A stretch of 64,000 nucleotides of DNA from Patescibacteria group bacterium (GCA_028710985.1 JAQTTB010000001.1:19280-83279); one strand, 5' to 3'; positions 1 to 9,439 are shown, numbered from the stretch's first letter. Notes: generated from the sequence alone by a model not told the origin. Made by a program: numbers and translations.

Positions 1-752
1 TTTGATGAAACCGCGCTTTTTTGCGTCCGCTCAACAAGAGACGCGCCGATTTTAAATCCGCGTGCCGCGAGCGCACTGTTCGCCAGTCCGCCCCCGAGTA
101 TGAGCCAATCCGCTTTTTTAACAAATTTTTTTATCAAATTAATTTTTGTGGAAATTTTCGCGCCGCCAAGAACCACAACAAGCGGACGCTTCGAACCCTG
201 TACCGCGCGCTCAAGATTCTCCACTTCATCCGCCAAATCAAACCCGGCATAACTCGGTAAAAACTTTGTCACCGCGGCCACACTCGCGTGCGCCCGGTGC
301 GAGGAGGCAAAGGCGTCATTCACGAAATAATCAAACGGTCGGGCGAGTTCCCGCGCCCAGTTCGCGCTATTTGCTTCTTCTCCGGCGTAAAAACGAATAT
401 TTTCAAGGAGCGTCACCTGGCCGTCCCAGGTTTCCCAGGCGTTGCCAAAAAATTCTGACCCCGGAATCGGAGCGTCGCAGAAATAAACTGATTTTTTTAA
501 AAGCTTCGAAAGCCGTGCTCCGATCGGCCGGAGCGAATATTTTGGGTTCCGCTTTCCTTCGGGCCTCCCAAAATGAGACACGAGCACCACGCCGCCGCCA
601 CGCGCTGTAAGATAACGAATCGTCTTAAGCGAACGCCGAATCTTAGTGTCATCCAAAATACGGCTGTGCGCAATCGGCACGTTGTAATCAACGCGAACTA
701 AAAAAAGCTCGCCCCTAATTTCTTTAATGTCCGTAATTTTTCTGAGTTTCAT
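1..752 (-). CDS. pgk: phosphoglycerate kinase, N-terminal 250 aa (partial, runs off 5' edge of window)
   Basis: Reverse-strand translation from the ATG at 752..750 gives MKLRKITDIKEIRGELFLVRVDYNVPI...LVSHFGRPEG...FASSHRAHAS with no stop before position 1. RVDxNVP and SHxGRP are classic PGK N-domain motifs. It lies directly downstream of gap on the same strand. It is absent from the ORF track only because it has no stop inside the window. Confidence 0.8.
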   Translation of the reverse strand, partial: MKLRKITDIKEIRGELFLVRVDYNVPIAHSRILDDTKIRRSLKTIRYLTARGGGVVLVSHFGRPEGKRNPKYSLRPIGARLSKLLKKSVYFCDAPIPGSEFFGNAWETWDGQVTLLENIRFYAGEEANSANWARELARPFDYFVNDAFASSHRAHASVAAVTKFLPSYAGFDLADEVENLERAVQGSKRPLVVVLGGAKISTKINLIKKFVKKADWLILGGGLANSALAARGFKIGASLVERTQKSAVSS

Positions 753-767
753 GCTGTTATTATATCA

Positions 768-1688
768 CTAGAAAGAGATATTCAAAACCGAAATTTCCGG
801 CGGATCAAAAAGCCTGGCTCTCGGCCCAATCTCTCCAAGTCCTGGTGTGACAAACATATTTTTGCCCTTCCACTCCAGGAGCCCCCGGGCATAAGTCCGC
901 GGCAAATCGGACGGCAATTCAACCACCGAACCGATATAAGGCAGCCTGATTTGACCGCCATGCGTATGCCCGGAAATCAGCAAATCAACTCGGAGCGGCG
1001 CCGGCAGATACCGCACCACGTCCGGATTATGGGCAAGTAAAATCACGCTTTGGCCCGGCCGCTGACCGACCAGTGCGCGGGTTAAATCCATGTTGCCAAA
1101 CCAGTAATCATCCACTCCGGCGATGTAAAATTCCCGACCGCTGATCTTTATCGTTGAACCCTGATTGCGTAAAAATATAATATTTAATTTTTGCAATTTT
1201 TCAACAACCCCGTCAATGCCCCCGCCCTGATAATCATGGTTTCCGGTAACCGCGAACACGCCGAGCGGCGCCTGGAGCTCTCCAAGTTTGGCAAATTTAT
1301 CAATCTGCCCATTGTCAAAAGAAATAAAATCGCCGACCAAAAAAATAATGTCCGGCCGCACGCGATTTACGCGACGCACGACATTGTCAATCAAATATTC
1401 ATCATTATATGGACCGAGATGAAAGTCTCCCAGCACCACGGCCTTAATCATATTCTCCCCGCTTCCGCTGCTGATCGGATAATCATAGTTGCGCGTCACG
1501 ATAAAACGCGGTTCAACGAAACTGCCATAAAAAACCGTGAGCCACGCAATTGCTAATGACAAAACAAAAAAATGAAATAACGCTCTTTTGTTTTTCTTTG
1601 CCCGATCGCGGAGCTCGAGAATACCGGCGCCCGAGGCGATCAAAAAAAAGAAAATTATTCCGTCAAATAGCAGATTTTCCCAACGCAT
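768..1688 (-). CDS. membrane-anchored metallophosphoesterase (calcineurin-like phosphoesterase)
   Basis: N-terminal TM segment. Metallophosphoesterase motifs GDFHLG, GNHDY and GHTHGG seen in the translation. Confidence 0.75.
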   Translation of the reverse strand: MRWENLLFDGIIFFFLIASGAGILELRDRAKKNKRALFHFFVLSLAIAWLTVFYGSFVEPRFIVTRNYDYPISSGSGENMIKAVVLGDFHLGPYNDEYLIDNVVRRVNRVRPDIIFLVGDFISFDNGQIDKFAKLGELQAPLGVFAVTGNHDYQGGGIDGVVEKLQKLNIIFLRNQGSTIKISGREFYIAGVDDYWFGNMDLTRALVGQRPGQSVILLAHNPDVVRYLPAPLRVDLLISGHTHGGQIRLPYIGSVVELPSDLPRTYARGLLEWKGKNMFVTPGLGEIGPRARLFDPPEISVLNISF

Positions 1689-1691
1689 AAT

Positions 1692-2699
1692 TTATTTCCT
1701 GATCGCCTTACCGACAACTAGCGCCATTTCCGCGAGCCGGTGAGAATATCCCCATTCATTGTCATACCAGGCAATGATCTTTAAAAGATCTCCGTCAACA
1801 ACTTCGGTCAGGCTTAAATCAACGATCGAAGAATGATCGTTACCAATAAAATCCGACGACACCAGCGGCTCGTCGGTCACGTCAATGATGCCGCGGTAGT
1901 GCGGAGCCCCGGCCATTTTTTTCAAATGACTATTCACCGCCTCGGCGGTTGCTTTTTTCTTCAAGACGAAAGTAAAATCCGCGAGTGAAACCACCGGAAC
2001 CGGCACGCGAATGGACATGCCATCAAACTTGCCCGCGAGCGATTTTATAACCTTGCCGGTCGCGATCGCCGCGCCGGTTGTGGTCGGAATAATATTCTGC
2101 GGAGCGGTACGGGCGCGGCGCAAATCATTATGCGGACCGTCCACCAGCACCTGGTCCGAAGTCATTGCGTGGATGGTGGTCATATACGCCTTCTTGATGC
2201 CCCACTTCGCCTCAACAATCGCCGCAATTGGAGCGATGCAGTTTGTGGTGCATGAAGCATTATCAATTATATCTTCACCCTTATATTGATGCGCGTTCAC
2301 TCCCTGCATGTATGTATTCACTCCCTCGCCCTTGGCCGGCGCCGAAATAATTACCTTCTTCGCACCCGCGCTAAGATGCATCGCCGCCTGCTCTTTTGAG
2401 CGAAAAAAACCGGTGCATTCAAGCACCACATCAACTCCAAGCTTCCCCCACGGTAATTTACTCGGGTCCTTTTCCATGAATGCCCATACCTTCTTGCCGT
2501 CAACCGCGAGCGAATCCTTAGTGCTTGAAATCCTATGCCCCCATTTTCGATAAACCGTGTCGTATTTAAGCAAATGCGCCAGAGTCGCGGTATCAGTAAG
2601 ATCATTAATCGCCACGAACTCTATCCCCTTTTTGTCCCAGCCGGCCTTGAATGTTGTCCGGCCGATCCGACCGAAACCGTTTATTGCTACTTTTATCAT
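1692..2699 (-). CDS. gap: type I glyceraldehyde-3-phosphate dehydrogenase
   Basis: Rossmann motif NGFGRIGR at the N-terminus. Active-site SCTTNCIAP motif. Length 335 aa. Confidence 0.9.
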   Translation of the reverse strand: MIKVAINGFGRIGRTTFKAGWDKKGIEFVAINDLTDTATLAHLLKYDTVYRKWGHRISSTKDSLAVDGKKVWAFMEKDPSKLPWGKLGVDVVLECTGFFRSKEQAAMHLSAGAKKVIISAPAKGEGVNTYMQGVNAHQYKGEDIIDNASCTTNCIAPIAAIVEAKWGIKKAYMTTIHAMTSDQVLVDGPHNDLRRARTAPQNIIPTTTGAAIATGKVIKSLAGKFDGMSIRVPVPVVSLADFTFVLKKKATAEAVNSHLKKMAGAPHYRGIIDVTDEPLVSSDFIGNDHSSIVDLSLTEVVDGDLLKIIAWYDNEWGYSHRLAEMALVVGKAIRK

Positions 2700-2705
2700 A
2701 ATATT

Positions 2706-3326
2706 TTAGTTATTATTAATAAATGAAAAATTATATAAAACGTTATCGAAAATATCTTGAGAATCTTCGTTCAAAACCCGACTAATTAAATCAACCGACC
2801 ACAATTCGCCGTTCCTCAGGACAAATGCGCTCTGGATTACCGACCCGCCTTCCAAATCGGTTGAGGCTTGGATAATCACCGACGGCAAACCGCCGAGCGC
2901 CGCCGGATGGCGCGCGATGAGTGCATAGCTCGGATCGGATGATATATTCTGATTTAAATATTCGCTCACGTATTCATCGAGCCCTAAATCGGTCGTCACT
3001 TTACCCACCACGAGCCGCAAACCTCTCTCCCCCCGTTCCGGGGTCGTATTTGGATCCCAACTCGTGAATACCAAAAAATCCTCTTCTTGACCCTCAAACC
3101 ATTTGGACGGATGCTTAAATGAAATACTCTGATTTTTATAGCTCACAAATTCAATCGGTTCGAGCTCTTCAGATGGTTCCGAAACCGGCGCCTCGACGGA
3201 CAGGGGGGCCGGCAGCGTCTCCATGGCCGGCTCAAGGCGTGATTTTTGGAAAAAATAAAGACCCAGCGCCATGGCCAAAGCCAGGACGACGATGAATATC
3301 ACTCCGGCTCGTTCCGATCCTTTCAT
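2706..3326 (-). CDS. hypothetical membrane-anchored protein (single N-terminal TM, acidic extracytoplasmic domain)
   Basis: ORF of 206 aa with N-terminal hydrophobic helix VIFIVVLALAMALGLYFF. No recognisable catalytic motifs. Confidence 0.5.
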   Translation of the reverse strand: MKGSERAGVIFIVVLALAMALGLYFFQKSRLEPAMETLPAPLSVEAPVSEPSEELEPIEFVSYKNQSISFKHPSKWFEGQEEDFLVFTSWDPNTTPERGERGLRLVVGKVTTDLGLDEYVSEYLNQNISSDPSYALIARHPAALGGLPSVIIQASTDLEGGSVIQSAFVLRNGELWSVDLISRVLNEDSQDIFDNVLYNFSFINNN

Positions 3327-3406
3327 AATGCATATATTTTATCATAAAACACCGCTATCGCATATACGCAATGGCGGTGTTTATTTATTTCGTATTTATC
3401 TATTAT

Positions 3407-3991
3407 CTATATCGAAATCCGACAAAATCGACGAATTTCCACTTTCTCCCCAAGCGTCACGATCCGGTCATTGATCAAGTCCGCAATCGTCTTATCTTCG
3501 TCCTTTATAAATACCTGGTTCATAAGGCAAACCTCGCTGTAATACTTGGCAAGCTTGCCCTCCATAATTTTATCCATGATTGCTTCGGGTTTTCCTTCGG
3601 CCACGAGTTCTTCGCGGTACATCTCCTTCTGTTTTTCCAGAATCTCCGCGGGAATATTTTCGGGCTTGAGATACAGCGGCTCGGTTGCCGCAACCTGCAT
3701 GGCAATGTCATGCGCCAGTTCTTTGAATATTTCGTTACGGGCAACGAAATCGGTTTCGCAAAGAATCTCAATCATGGCTCCGACCTTGCCGTTTGCATGT
3801 GTATAAGCGTGCACTATTCCTTCCTTCGTCACCCTTTCGGCGCTCTTTTTCGCCGCCTTGATCTGGCCTTTTTTCTTTAAAATTTTCACCGCTTCGTCGA
3901 TATCGCCAGCGGCTTCATCCAGCGCCTTCTTGCAATCAAGCATGCCCGCGCCAGTAATTGTACGCAATTTTACCACTTCTTGTGTTTCCAT
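3407..3991 (-). CDS. tsf: translation elongation factor Ts (short form)
   Basis: N-terminal UBA-like segment LRTITGAGMLDCKKALDEAAGDIDEAV plus EF-Ts core. Located immediately downstream of rpsB, the conserved rpsB-tsf operon arrangement. Confidence 0.8.
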   Translation of the reverse strand: METQEVVKLRTITGAGMLDCKKALDEAAGDIDEAVKILKKKGQIKAAKKSAERVTKEGIVHAYTHANGKVGAMIEILCETDFVARNEIFKELAHDIAMQVAATEPLYLKPENIPAEILEKQKEMYREELVAEGKPEAIMDKIMEGKLAKYYSEVCLMNQVFIKDEDKTIADLINDRIVTLGEKVEIRRFCRISI

Positions 3992-4012
3992 ATTTTTTAT
4001 TTTTATTAGTGC

Positions 4013-4732
4013 TTATTTTTTACTCTCCGGAGCCGCACCCCGCTTTGCCTCTTCCCGCCCCTCTTTCACCGCCTCGGCAACATACCGGGTCATGAGCTCA
4101 ATTGATTTAACCGCGTCATCATTTGCCGGTATGCAATAAGCAACGCCGGTTGGATCAATATTCGTGTCACAGAGCGCAACCAGTTTGACGCCGCGGTTAT
4201 CGGATTCGGCGCGCGCGGTTTTTTCGTATTTCAGATCAACCACGAAAATCGCATCCGGAATTTTATTGAGTTCCTGGATACCGCCGATTCTCTGGCGCAA
4301 TGTTTCAATCTCGCGCGCGAAAACCAATTGCTCCTTTTTTGTATATTTCTTAAGTTCGCCTTTTTCCTGGCGCTTCTGCAGATCACGGAACTTCCGGAGC
4401 AATATGAGAATCTCACTAAAATTCGTAAGCATTCCGCCGAGCCACCGCTCGGTAAGATACGGCGCCCCGCATTCAATGGCGTAGCGCTTCACGATATCCT
4501 TGGCCTGGCGCTTCGTGCCGAGAAATAGCACGACTCCGCCGCGCGCCACGGTTTGGCGCACGAAATCCAGAGCCTTCTCCAGGTATTTCTGCGTTTCCTC
4601 CAGATTGATGATGTGTACATTATTTCTCGCGCCGAAAATGTACGGTTCGGCTTTGGGATGCCATCGGCCGGTCTGGTGCCCAAAATGCACGCCGGCTTCA
4701 AGCATCTCCAATATTGTTGGTAGTTTTGGCAT
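4013..4732 (-). CDS. rpsB: 30S ribosomal protein S2
   Basis: MPKLPTILEMLEAGVHFGHQTGRWHPKAEPYIF... is a typical uS2 N-terminus. Followed by tsf. Confidence 0.9.
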   Translation of the reverse strand: MPKLPTILEMLEAGVHFGHQTGRWHPKAEPYIFGARNNVHIINLEETQKYLEKALDFVRQTVARGGVVLFLGTKRQAKDIVKRYAIECGAPYLTERWLGGMLTNFSEILILLRKFRDLQKRQEKGELKKYTKKEQLVFAREIETLRQRIGGIQELNKIPDAIFVVDLKYEKTARAESDNRGVKLVALCDTNIDPTGVAYCIPANDDAVKSIELMTRYVAEAVKEGREEAKRGAAPESKK

Positions 4733-4847
4733 ATTAAAAAAATATTCCTTTTTACCGCTGTCTCGGACTCGCTAAGGGGCCCCGTGGGGCAGGATCTTAA
4801 CTTACTCGCCCAAAACATGAGAGATTAATTAATTTAATTGTGGCTGT

Positions 4848-4876
4848 ATTATATATATAAGCCCCGACCCTGTCAA
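4848..4876 (-). promoter_or_regulatory. sigma70-type promoter for rpsB-tsf (TTGACA-N17-TATAAT, perfect consensus on minus strand)
   Basis: Minus-strand reading is TTGACA gggtcggggcttatata TATAAT. The -35 is at 4876..4871 and the -10 at 4853..4848. It sits about 110 nt upstream of the rpsB ATG and leaves a leader compatible with S2 autoregulatory leaders. Confidence 0.55.
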
Positions 4877-4899
4877 GAGAGGGGTTGATATGTTAAAAT

Positions 4900-4972
4900 A
4901 GCTTGTAGGAAGTAGCTTGTAGCTTGTAGGACGCGACCTATTAAGATCCTACAAGCTACAAGCTACAAGCTA
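4900..4972. repeat. large inverted repeat built from heptamer triplets (AGCTTGTAG x3 / CTACAAGCT x3) ending 3 nt before the ATG of the 4975 gene
   Basis: Left arm agcttgtaggaagtagcttgtagcttgtagga and right arm tcctacaagctacaagctacaagct flank a 15-nt loop cgcgacctattaaga. A possible TTGTAG-N16-TATTAA promoter is embedded in it. Confidence 0.6.
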
Positions 4973-4974
4973 AT

Positions 4975-7071
4975 ATGCTCGTCACCCGCACAACCTATCT
5001 CATTACAATTGCCATCCTGATAGTACTGGAGGCCGTCTTCCAGCTATTGTGGCCCAGCCCGCTCTTCGGACTCCTGATATTTGCCGCCGGGCTCGGTCTG
5101 ATCGGGCTGGTTATCGGCGCGCGCCTCCTTCCGAACTGGCGCCGCGCCGAACAGGTGCTTTGGGGCGCAATGTTTGTTTTTTCAATGATTGCGATCGCGG
5201 TCGCGATTTTTTATTATTTCTGGTCCATGAATCCCTTGGCCCTCTCCCTCGCCTGGCTTCCGCCCGCGGTTGCCGGATTCTTTTCTCTGCCAACGCCGAT
5301 CATGATCAATGACGAAGAAAAGAAAAATTCTATTCTTGTAAAAATTCTTTTGGCCGCGCTTTTTATTATCATCACCGCCATCGTCCTCAAGACCGCCGAC
5401 CTGCTCTGGGATTCCGGCACGCTGGAAGCAATCCGCTCGCCATGGACCGTTGTTCCGAAAAACTTTTTTATTCTTTTTTATCTCGCCACTGCCGCCGCTC
5501 TTATCTTTCTCGCGAAATCCAAATCAACAAAATTCGCCTGGCTTACTGCCGGCGCTCTGACGTTCCTGTTTCTGGGCATCAATCTTTTTATTTACAAAAT
5601 CGGCTACGGCTTTGACCCGTTCATCCATCAGGCCACGGAAAAATACCTAGCCGAACACGGCACTATCACTCCAAAGCCGTTCTATTACATCGGCCAATAT
5701 TCATGGGTTGTGTTTTTAAATTACTTTACCCATCTCGGCATCAATCTGCTCGATAAGCTTCTCCTGCCCATCCTCGCAGCCGCCGCGCTGCCGGCCGCGG
5801 TCTATACCGGCCTGCGTCGGGGATTCGGTCTCGCGGAAAGCAAAAGCCGGCTCGCCGCGCTCCTCATCCTTCTCATTCCCCTCTCCTCAATGATCGCGAC
5901 CACGCCGCAGGGGCTCGCCAATCTTTTTACCCTGATAATCATTTTTCTTTCGCTCGCCCATCTCCGTTCCAAAACCCCGCCGCTCATACTTCTCGTTGTT
6001 CTTGCGGCCGCGACCGTGTTCATCCATCCGCTTTCCGGCATTCCGACCGCCATCTATCTCACCCTGATTGTAATAATTAAAATTAAAAAATCAAAAATCC
6101 GGATTCCGCTCGTTGCCGCGGCCGCGGGTTTAGGCGCCATTGCCCTACCCCTGCTTTTTATTTTGAATTCCCTGCTCTCCGGCACGGCGGTTGAAGCCAC
6201 TACCGCGATCCTCCAAAGTCCGGCCGTACTCTTTAGTAATCTCCAATTGCCGGCGTTTTATACCGCGAGCCACTTTTCAAGTATTTTGGATTTTATCTAC
6301 ATCTACGGATACAATCTCGCCTGGATTATTCCGCTCCTTGCCATACTTGCCATTATTTTTATCGCCCGCAAAAAAATTCCGTACTGGTGGCTCGCGCTCG
6401 TGATGTTTGCCATACTGCTGGTCAACTATTTTTTCTTACAAAATGCGGTTGAATTTTCTTTTCTTATTTCCTACGAGCGCGGCGCCTATGCCGAGCGCGT
6501 GCTTGCGCTCGCGCAATTTTTTCTATATCCGTTTTTCATTCTCGGCGTAATCGCCTGGGTTGGCCGGGCCTGGCGCGGACCGTGGGCCGTACGCGCGGTT
6601 ATTATTCTCTTTCTCGCCGCCTGCCTTAGCGCCTCCCTCTATCTCTCCTACCCGCGGCAAGACGCCCTGGAAATCTCAAAGGGCATTAATGTTTCAAAAA
6701 GCGATTTGGCCGCCGTGCAATGGGTTGAACGCGACGCACCGAATGATGAGTTCATCGCGCTCGCGAATCAAACTGTGGCCGCCGCCGCTTTGCATGAATT
6801 TGGATTTAAAAAATATTTTGGCGACAAATTCTACTATCCCATCCCGACCGGCGGCGAACTCTACCAGTATTATCTCAAAATGTCATATGAATCACCCTCG
6901 GCCGTAACCATGCGCCAGGCAATGGACTTGGTCGGAGTAAATTACGGATATTTTATCATCAACGATTATTGGTGGAATTCGGAAAAAATAATTGAAGATG
7001 CTAAACTCCAGGCCGGCTCGTGGCAGGAGATTGACGAAGGGAAAATTTATATTTTCAAATATAAAAAATAA
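4975..7071 (+). CDS. polytopic membrane protein, GT-C-like (YfhO/GtrC/PMT-like architecture: about 500 aa of TM helices plus a C-terminal soluble domain)
   Basis: 698-aa ORF with more than 12 predicted hydrophobic helices, then a roughly 190-aa hydrophilic C-terminal domain containing NDYWWN. No homology search was possible. The call rests on architecture and on context beside GT2/GtrA genes. Confidence 0.5.
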   Translation: MLVTRTTYLITIAILIVLEAVFQLLWPSPLFGLLIFAAGLGLIGLVIGARLLPNWRRAEQVLWGAMFVFSMIAIAVAIFYYFWSMNPLALSLAWLPPAVAGFFSLPTPIMINDEEKKNSILVKILLAALFIIITAIVLKTADLLWDSGTLEAIRSPWTVVPKNFFILFYLATAAALIFLAKSKSTKFAWLTAGALTFLFLGINLFIYKIGYGFDPFIHQATEKYLAEHGTITPKPFYYIGQYSWVVFLNYFTHLGINLLDKLLLPILAAAALPAAVYTGLRRGFGLAESKSRLAALLILLIPLSSMIATTPQGLANLFTLIIIFLSLAHLRSKTPPLILLVVLAAATVFIHPLSGIPTAIYLTLIVIIKIKKSKIRIPLVAAAAGLGAIALPLLFILNSLLSGTAVEATTAILQSPAVLFSNLQLPAFYTASHFSSILDFIYIYGYNLAWIIPLLAILAIIFIARKKIPYWWLALVMFAILLVNYFFLQNAVEFSFLISYERGAYAERVLALAQFFLYPFFILGVIAWVGRAWRGPWAVRAVIILFLAACLSASLYLSYPRQDALEISKGINVSKSDLAAVQWVERDAPNDEFIALANQTVAAAALHEFGFKKYFGDKFYYPIPTGGELYQYYLKMSYESPSAVTMRQAMDLVGVNYGYFIINDYWWNSEKIIEDAKLQAGSWQEIDEGKIYIFKYKK

Positions 7072-7112
7072 AAAAGTACGAGTCGTCTATATGCAACCCG
7101 TACTTTTTTTAT
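7069..7112. terminator. bidirectional rho-independent terminator between convergent genes
   Basis: aaaaAGTACGagtcgtctatatgcaacCCGTACTtttttt. The stem is flanked by an A-run and a T-run. Confidence 0.55.
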
Positions 7113-8275
7113 TTTACCAACTCCAGCAATTTGCTGATATAATTTTCCAGTCCATATTCCGCCACCGTCTTCCGACAGGCCTCGCTCATGCCCGCAAGCC
7201 GCGCCGGATCCGCTATGAACGGCTTAATTTTCGCAAGCAGCTCGTCTTTCGCCCCCGGCGTAAAAGTCCACCCGTTCTCCCCTTGGCGCACGAGCTCCCC
7301 GGCTCCGCCAATGCGCGATACAAGCACCGGCACTCCGGCAGCCAGGCTCTCGGAGATTACGGCCGGCGAATTCTCGTAGCAAAATGACGGCACGATGGCG
7401 AGATCCGCCCCGGAAAAAAGTCGTCCAATCTCTTCACGCGGCCGCGGACCTAAAATATTTATTCGCGCATCGCCCGCGGCGATTTTTTTTATTTCTCCAA
7501 GATCCGAACCACCACCCGCAACCGCAAGATGCCAATCGCCGGGCAGATCCTTAAGGGTTTCAACCAGCCACCGCGCGCCCTTGTGTTTCTCAATCTGGCC
7601 GAGATACAGCAGATTAAGCCCGGGGTGCAATATTTTTTCCGCCATCCCTGCCAGGGGCGCGGGATTCGGCAAAACCTCAACGCGCGAGTCTTTAAAAAAT
7701 CCCTTATTTTTATAAAATTCCGCGAGCCAGCGCGACGGCGAAACAATGAGCCGCGGCGAACCAAAAAGCCGGCGCGAGTACGCTTCCCAGATCTTCCGCA
7801 CGAACGAACGCTCCGCCTTTGCTTCTTCCCCCCAGAGCATGAGTCCGTTCGGCGCAGAAAGCTGAATGTCGTGTGCCACGTGCACCCAGCGCTCGCTCTC
7901 TGCCTTGAGCGCCAAAACTCCGAGCATGCCCAGGCCCCTAAGATTATGGCTTACGATAAGATCCGGCACTTCTTCCCTAATCGCGCGCCGCATCATGCCC
8001 AAACCCGCAAGGCTCATGGCGTCCAGCGCGTGCCAGATCGCGCGCGCCGCAAAACCGTGCTCTCCGATATTTTTATACCAAAAAATATTAAGCGGAAAAA
8101 AGCGGCAAATTTTAATGCCATCCGCCTTGTCGCAGGCAAAACCGCGCGGACCGCTCGAGAGCACCGCCACCTCGTGCCCGGCATCGCGAAACCCGCGCGC
8201 CTGGAGTTCAGCCACCCGCTCGGCTCCGCCCCGCGCCTCGGGCGGATACAAATTTGAGACAATCAGAATCTTCAT
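7109..8275 (-). CDS. glycosyltransferase family 4 (GT-B)
   Basis: MKILIVSNLYPPEARGGAERVAE N-terminus. C-terminal EX7E-type region (FCYENSPAVISESLAAGVPVL). Confidence 0.8.
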   Translation of the reverse strand: MKILIVSNLYPPEARGGAERVAELQARGFRDAGHEVAVLSSGPRGFACDKADGIKICRFFPLNIFWYKNIGEHGFAARAIWHALDAMSLAGLGMMRRAIREEVPDLIVSHNLRGLGMLGVLALKAESERWVHVAHDIQLSAPNGLMLWGEEAKAERSFVRKIWEAYSRRLFGSPRLIVSPSRWLAEFYKNKGFFKDSRVEVLPNPAPLAGMAEKILHPGLNLLYLGQIEKHKGARWLVETLKDLPGDWHLAVAGGGSDLGEIKKIAAGDARINILGPRPREEIGRLFSGADLAIVPSFCYENSPAVISESLAAGVPVLVSRIGGAGELVRQGENGWTFTPGAKDELLAKIKPFIADPARLAGMSEACRKTVAEYGLENYISKLLELVK

Positions 8276-9420
8276 AATTTAAAATATTGCCCACGCATCT
8301 TCCCGACGATTACCGGCCAGGTAAATTCCGCCTCAATCCTCTCGCGCGCCCGCTCCCCCATTTCTTTTACACTCTCCGGATCCGCGGCCATATCGTTAAT
8401 CGCCTTGGCAAGGCCGTTAACATCCTTCGGCGCCACCAGCGCGCCGGTTCTGCCGTCCTGCACCACATAGCGCACGCCCGGAAGACTGCTCGCGATCACC
8501 GGTTTTCCGCAGGCGCCGGCTTCGAGCGCCACGAGCCCGTAGGCTTCGGATTTATCAACCGAAGGAAATGTGAGCGCGTCGGCCAAATTATAATATTGCG
8601 GCAATTCGCGGTCATCCACTCCCCCGGCAAAAAATACGCGCTCCCCCAGGCCGGCGGAGGCGACGATCTGCTCAAACTCCGGCCGGCGGTCGCCGTCTCC
8701 CACGACAAGCAATTTAATCTTTTTATCTTTGACTGTCTTTACTGCCTCAATCAATTTATCCAGTCCCTTGAAATAATGCGCGCGGTCCAATCCGCCGACA
8801 AAGAGCAGGACAAAATCGCTGGCTAGAATATTATATTTTACGGCGAGCGTCTCCAGCCGGTGGCCGGGCGAAAAAAATTTCTCGTCCACCCCGAGATTTG
8901 AAACCACGAATTTTTCCGGATCCTGAGCCACGAATTTCGCCAGATCCCCGGCCTGGGCGTAATCAAGCGTGGATACAAAAACCTTATCCGCGGCCGCGAG
9001 AATCCGCCGCAAAAATAACCGCCGGTATAATCTGAAAAACAACCCTATTGCTCCCCTTCCTACCGTATCCATATGATACGTAACAACCAGTTTGTTCTTT
9101 TGTTCTTTTGTTCTTTTGTTCTTTTTCCAAAAAAGAGCCGCTTCCGCTCCGCCAAAAAACGGATAGTGCAAATGAACGACATCAAATCCGTCCAGCATGT
9201 CCGCAAGATGCGGCACCCAGGCGGCATTGCCGTAGCGGATGACCGGCTTAAGATAAATTACGTTAAAATCAAACTTCAGCCGCTCGGCTCCCCGGGGCGT
9301 CGGGCAAAACACCGTCACCTCGTCGCCGAGACGCGCGAGCTCGCGCGCGTGCGCGTATGCCACGTTGCCCATACCGCCGCGATAAGGAGGAAATGTCGAT
9401 GTGATTATCGCTATCCTCAT
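8272..9420 (-). CDS. glycosyltransferase family 4 (GT-B), with lysine-rich insertion encoded by an 8-bp x4 tandem repeat
   Basis: MRIAIITSTFPPYRGGMGNVAY N-terminus. GLVALEAGACGKPVIAS motif. 4-bp overlap with the downstream GT4. Confidence 0.8.
   Translation of the reverse strand: MRIAIITSTFPPYRGGMGNVAYAHARELARLGDEVTVFCPTPRGAERLKFDFNVIYLKPVIRYGNAAWVPHLADMLDGFDVVHLHYPFFGGAEAALFWKKNKRTKEQKNKLVVTYHMDTVGRGAIGLFFRLYRRLFLRRILAAADKVFVSTLDYAQAGDLAKFVAQDPEKFVVSNLGVDEKFFSPGHRLETLAVKYNILASDFVLLFVGGLDRAHYFKGLDKLIEAVKTVKDKKIKLLVVGDGDRRPEFEQIVASAGLGERVFFAGGVDDRELPQYYNLADALTFPSVDKSEAYGLVALEAGACGKPVIASSLPGVRYVVQDGRTGALVAPKDVNGLAKAINDMAADPESVKEMGERARERIEAEFTWPVIVGKMRGQYFKL
9092..9123. repeat. perfect tandem repeat TTGTTCTT x4 (8-bp unit) inside GT4 CDS 8272..9420
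   Basis: ttgttctt ttgttctt ttgttctt ttgttctt read directly from the sequence. It encodes KNKRTKEQKNK on the minus strand. The unit length is not a multiple of 3. Confidence 0.9.
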
Positions 9421-9439
9421 AAATTAATCAGCTTCGATG

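Noticed and set aside
21-691. Plus-strand ORFs 21..260 and 146..610 and minus ORF 497..691 at the window start
   Set aside because: All overlap the minus-strand frame that reads as a clean phosphoglycerate kinase N-domain. Their products are Arg/Pro-rich nonsense.
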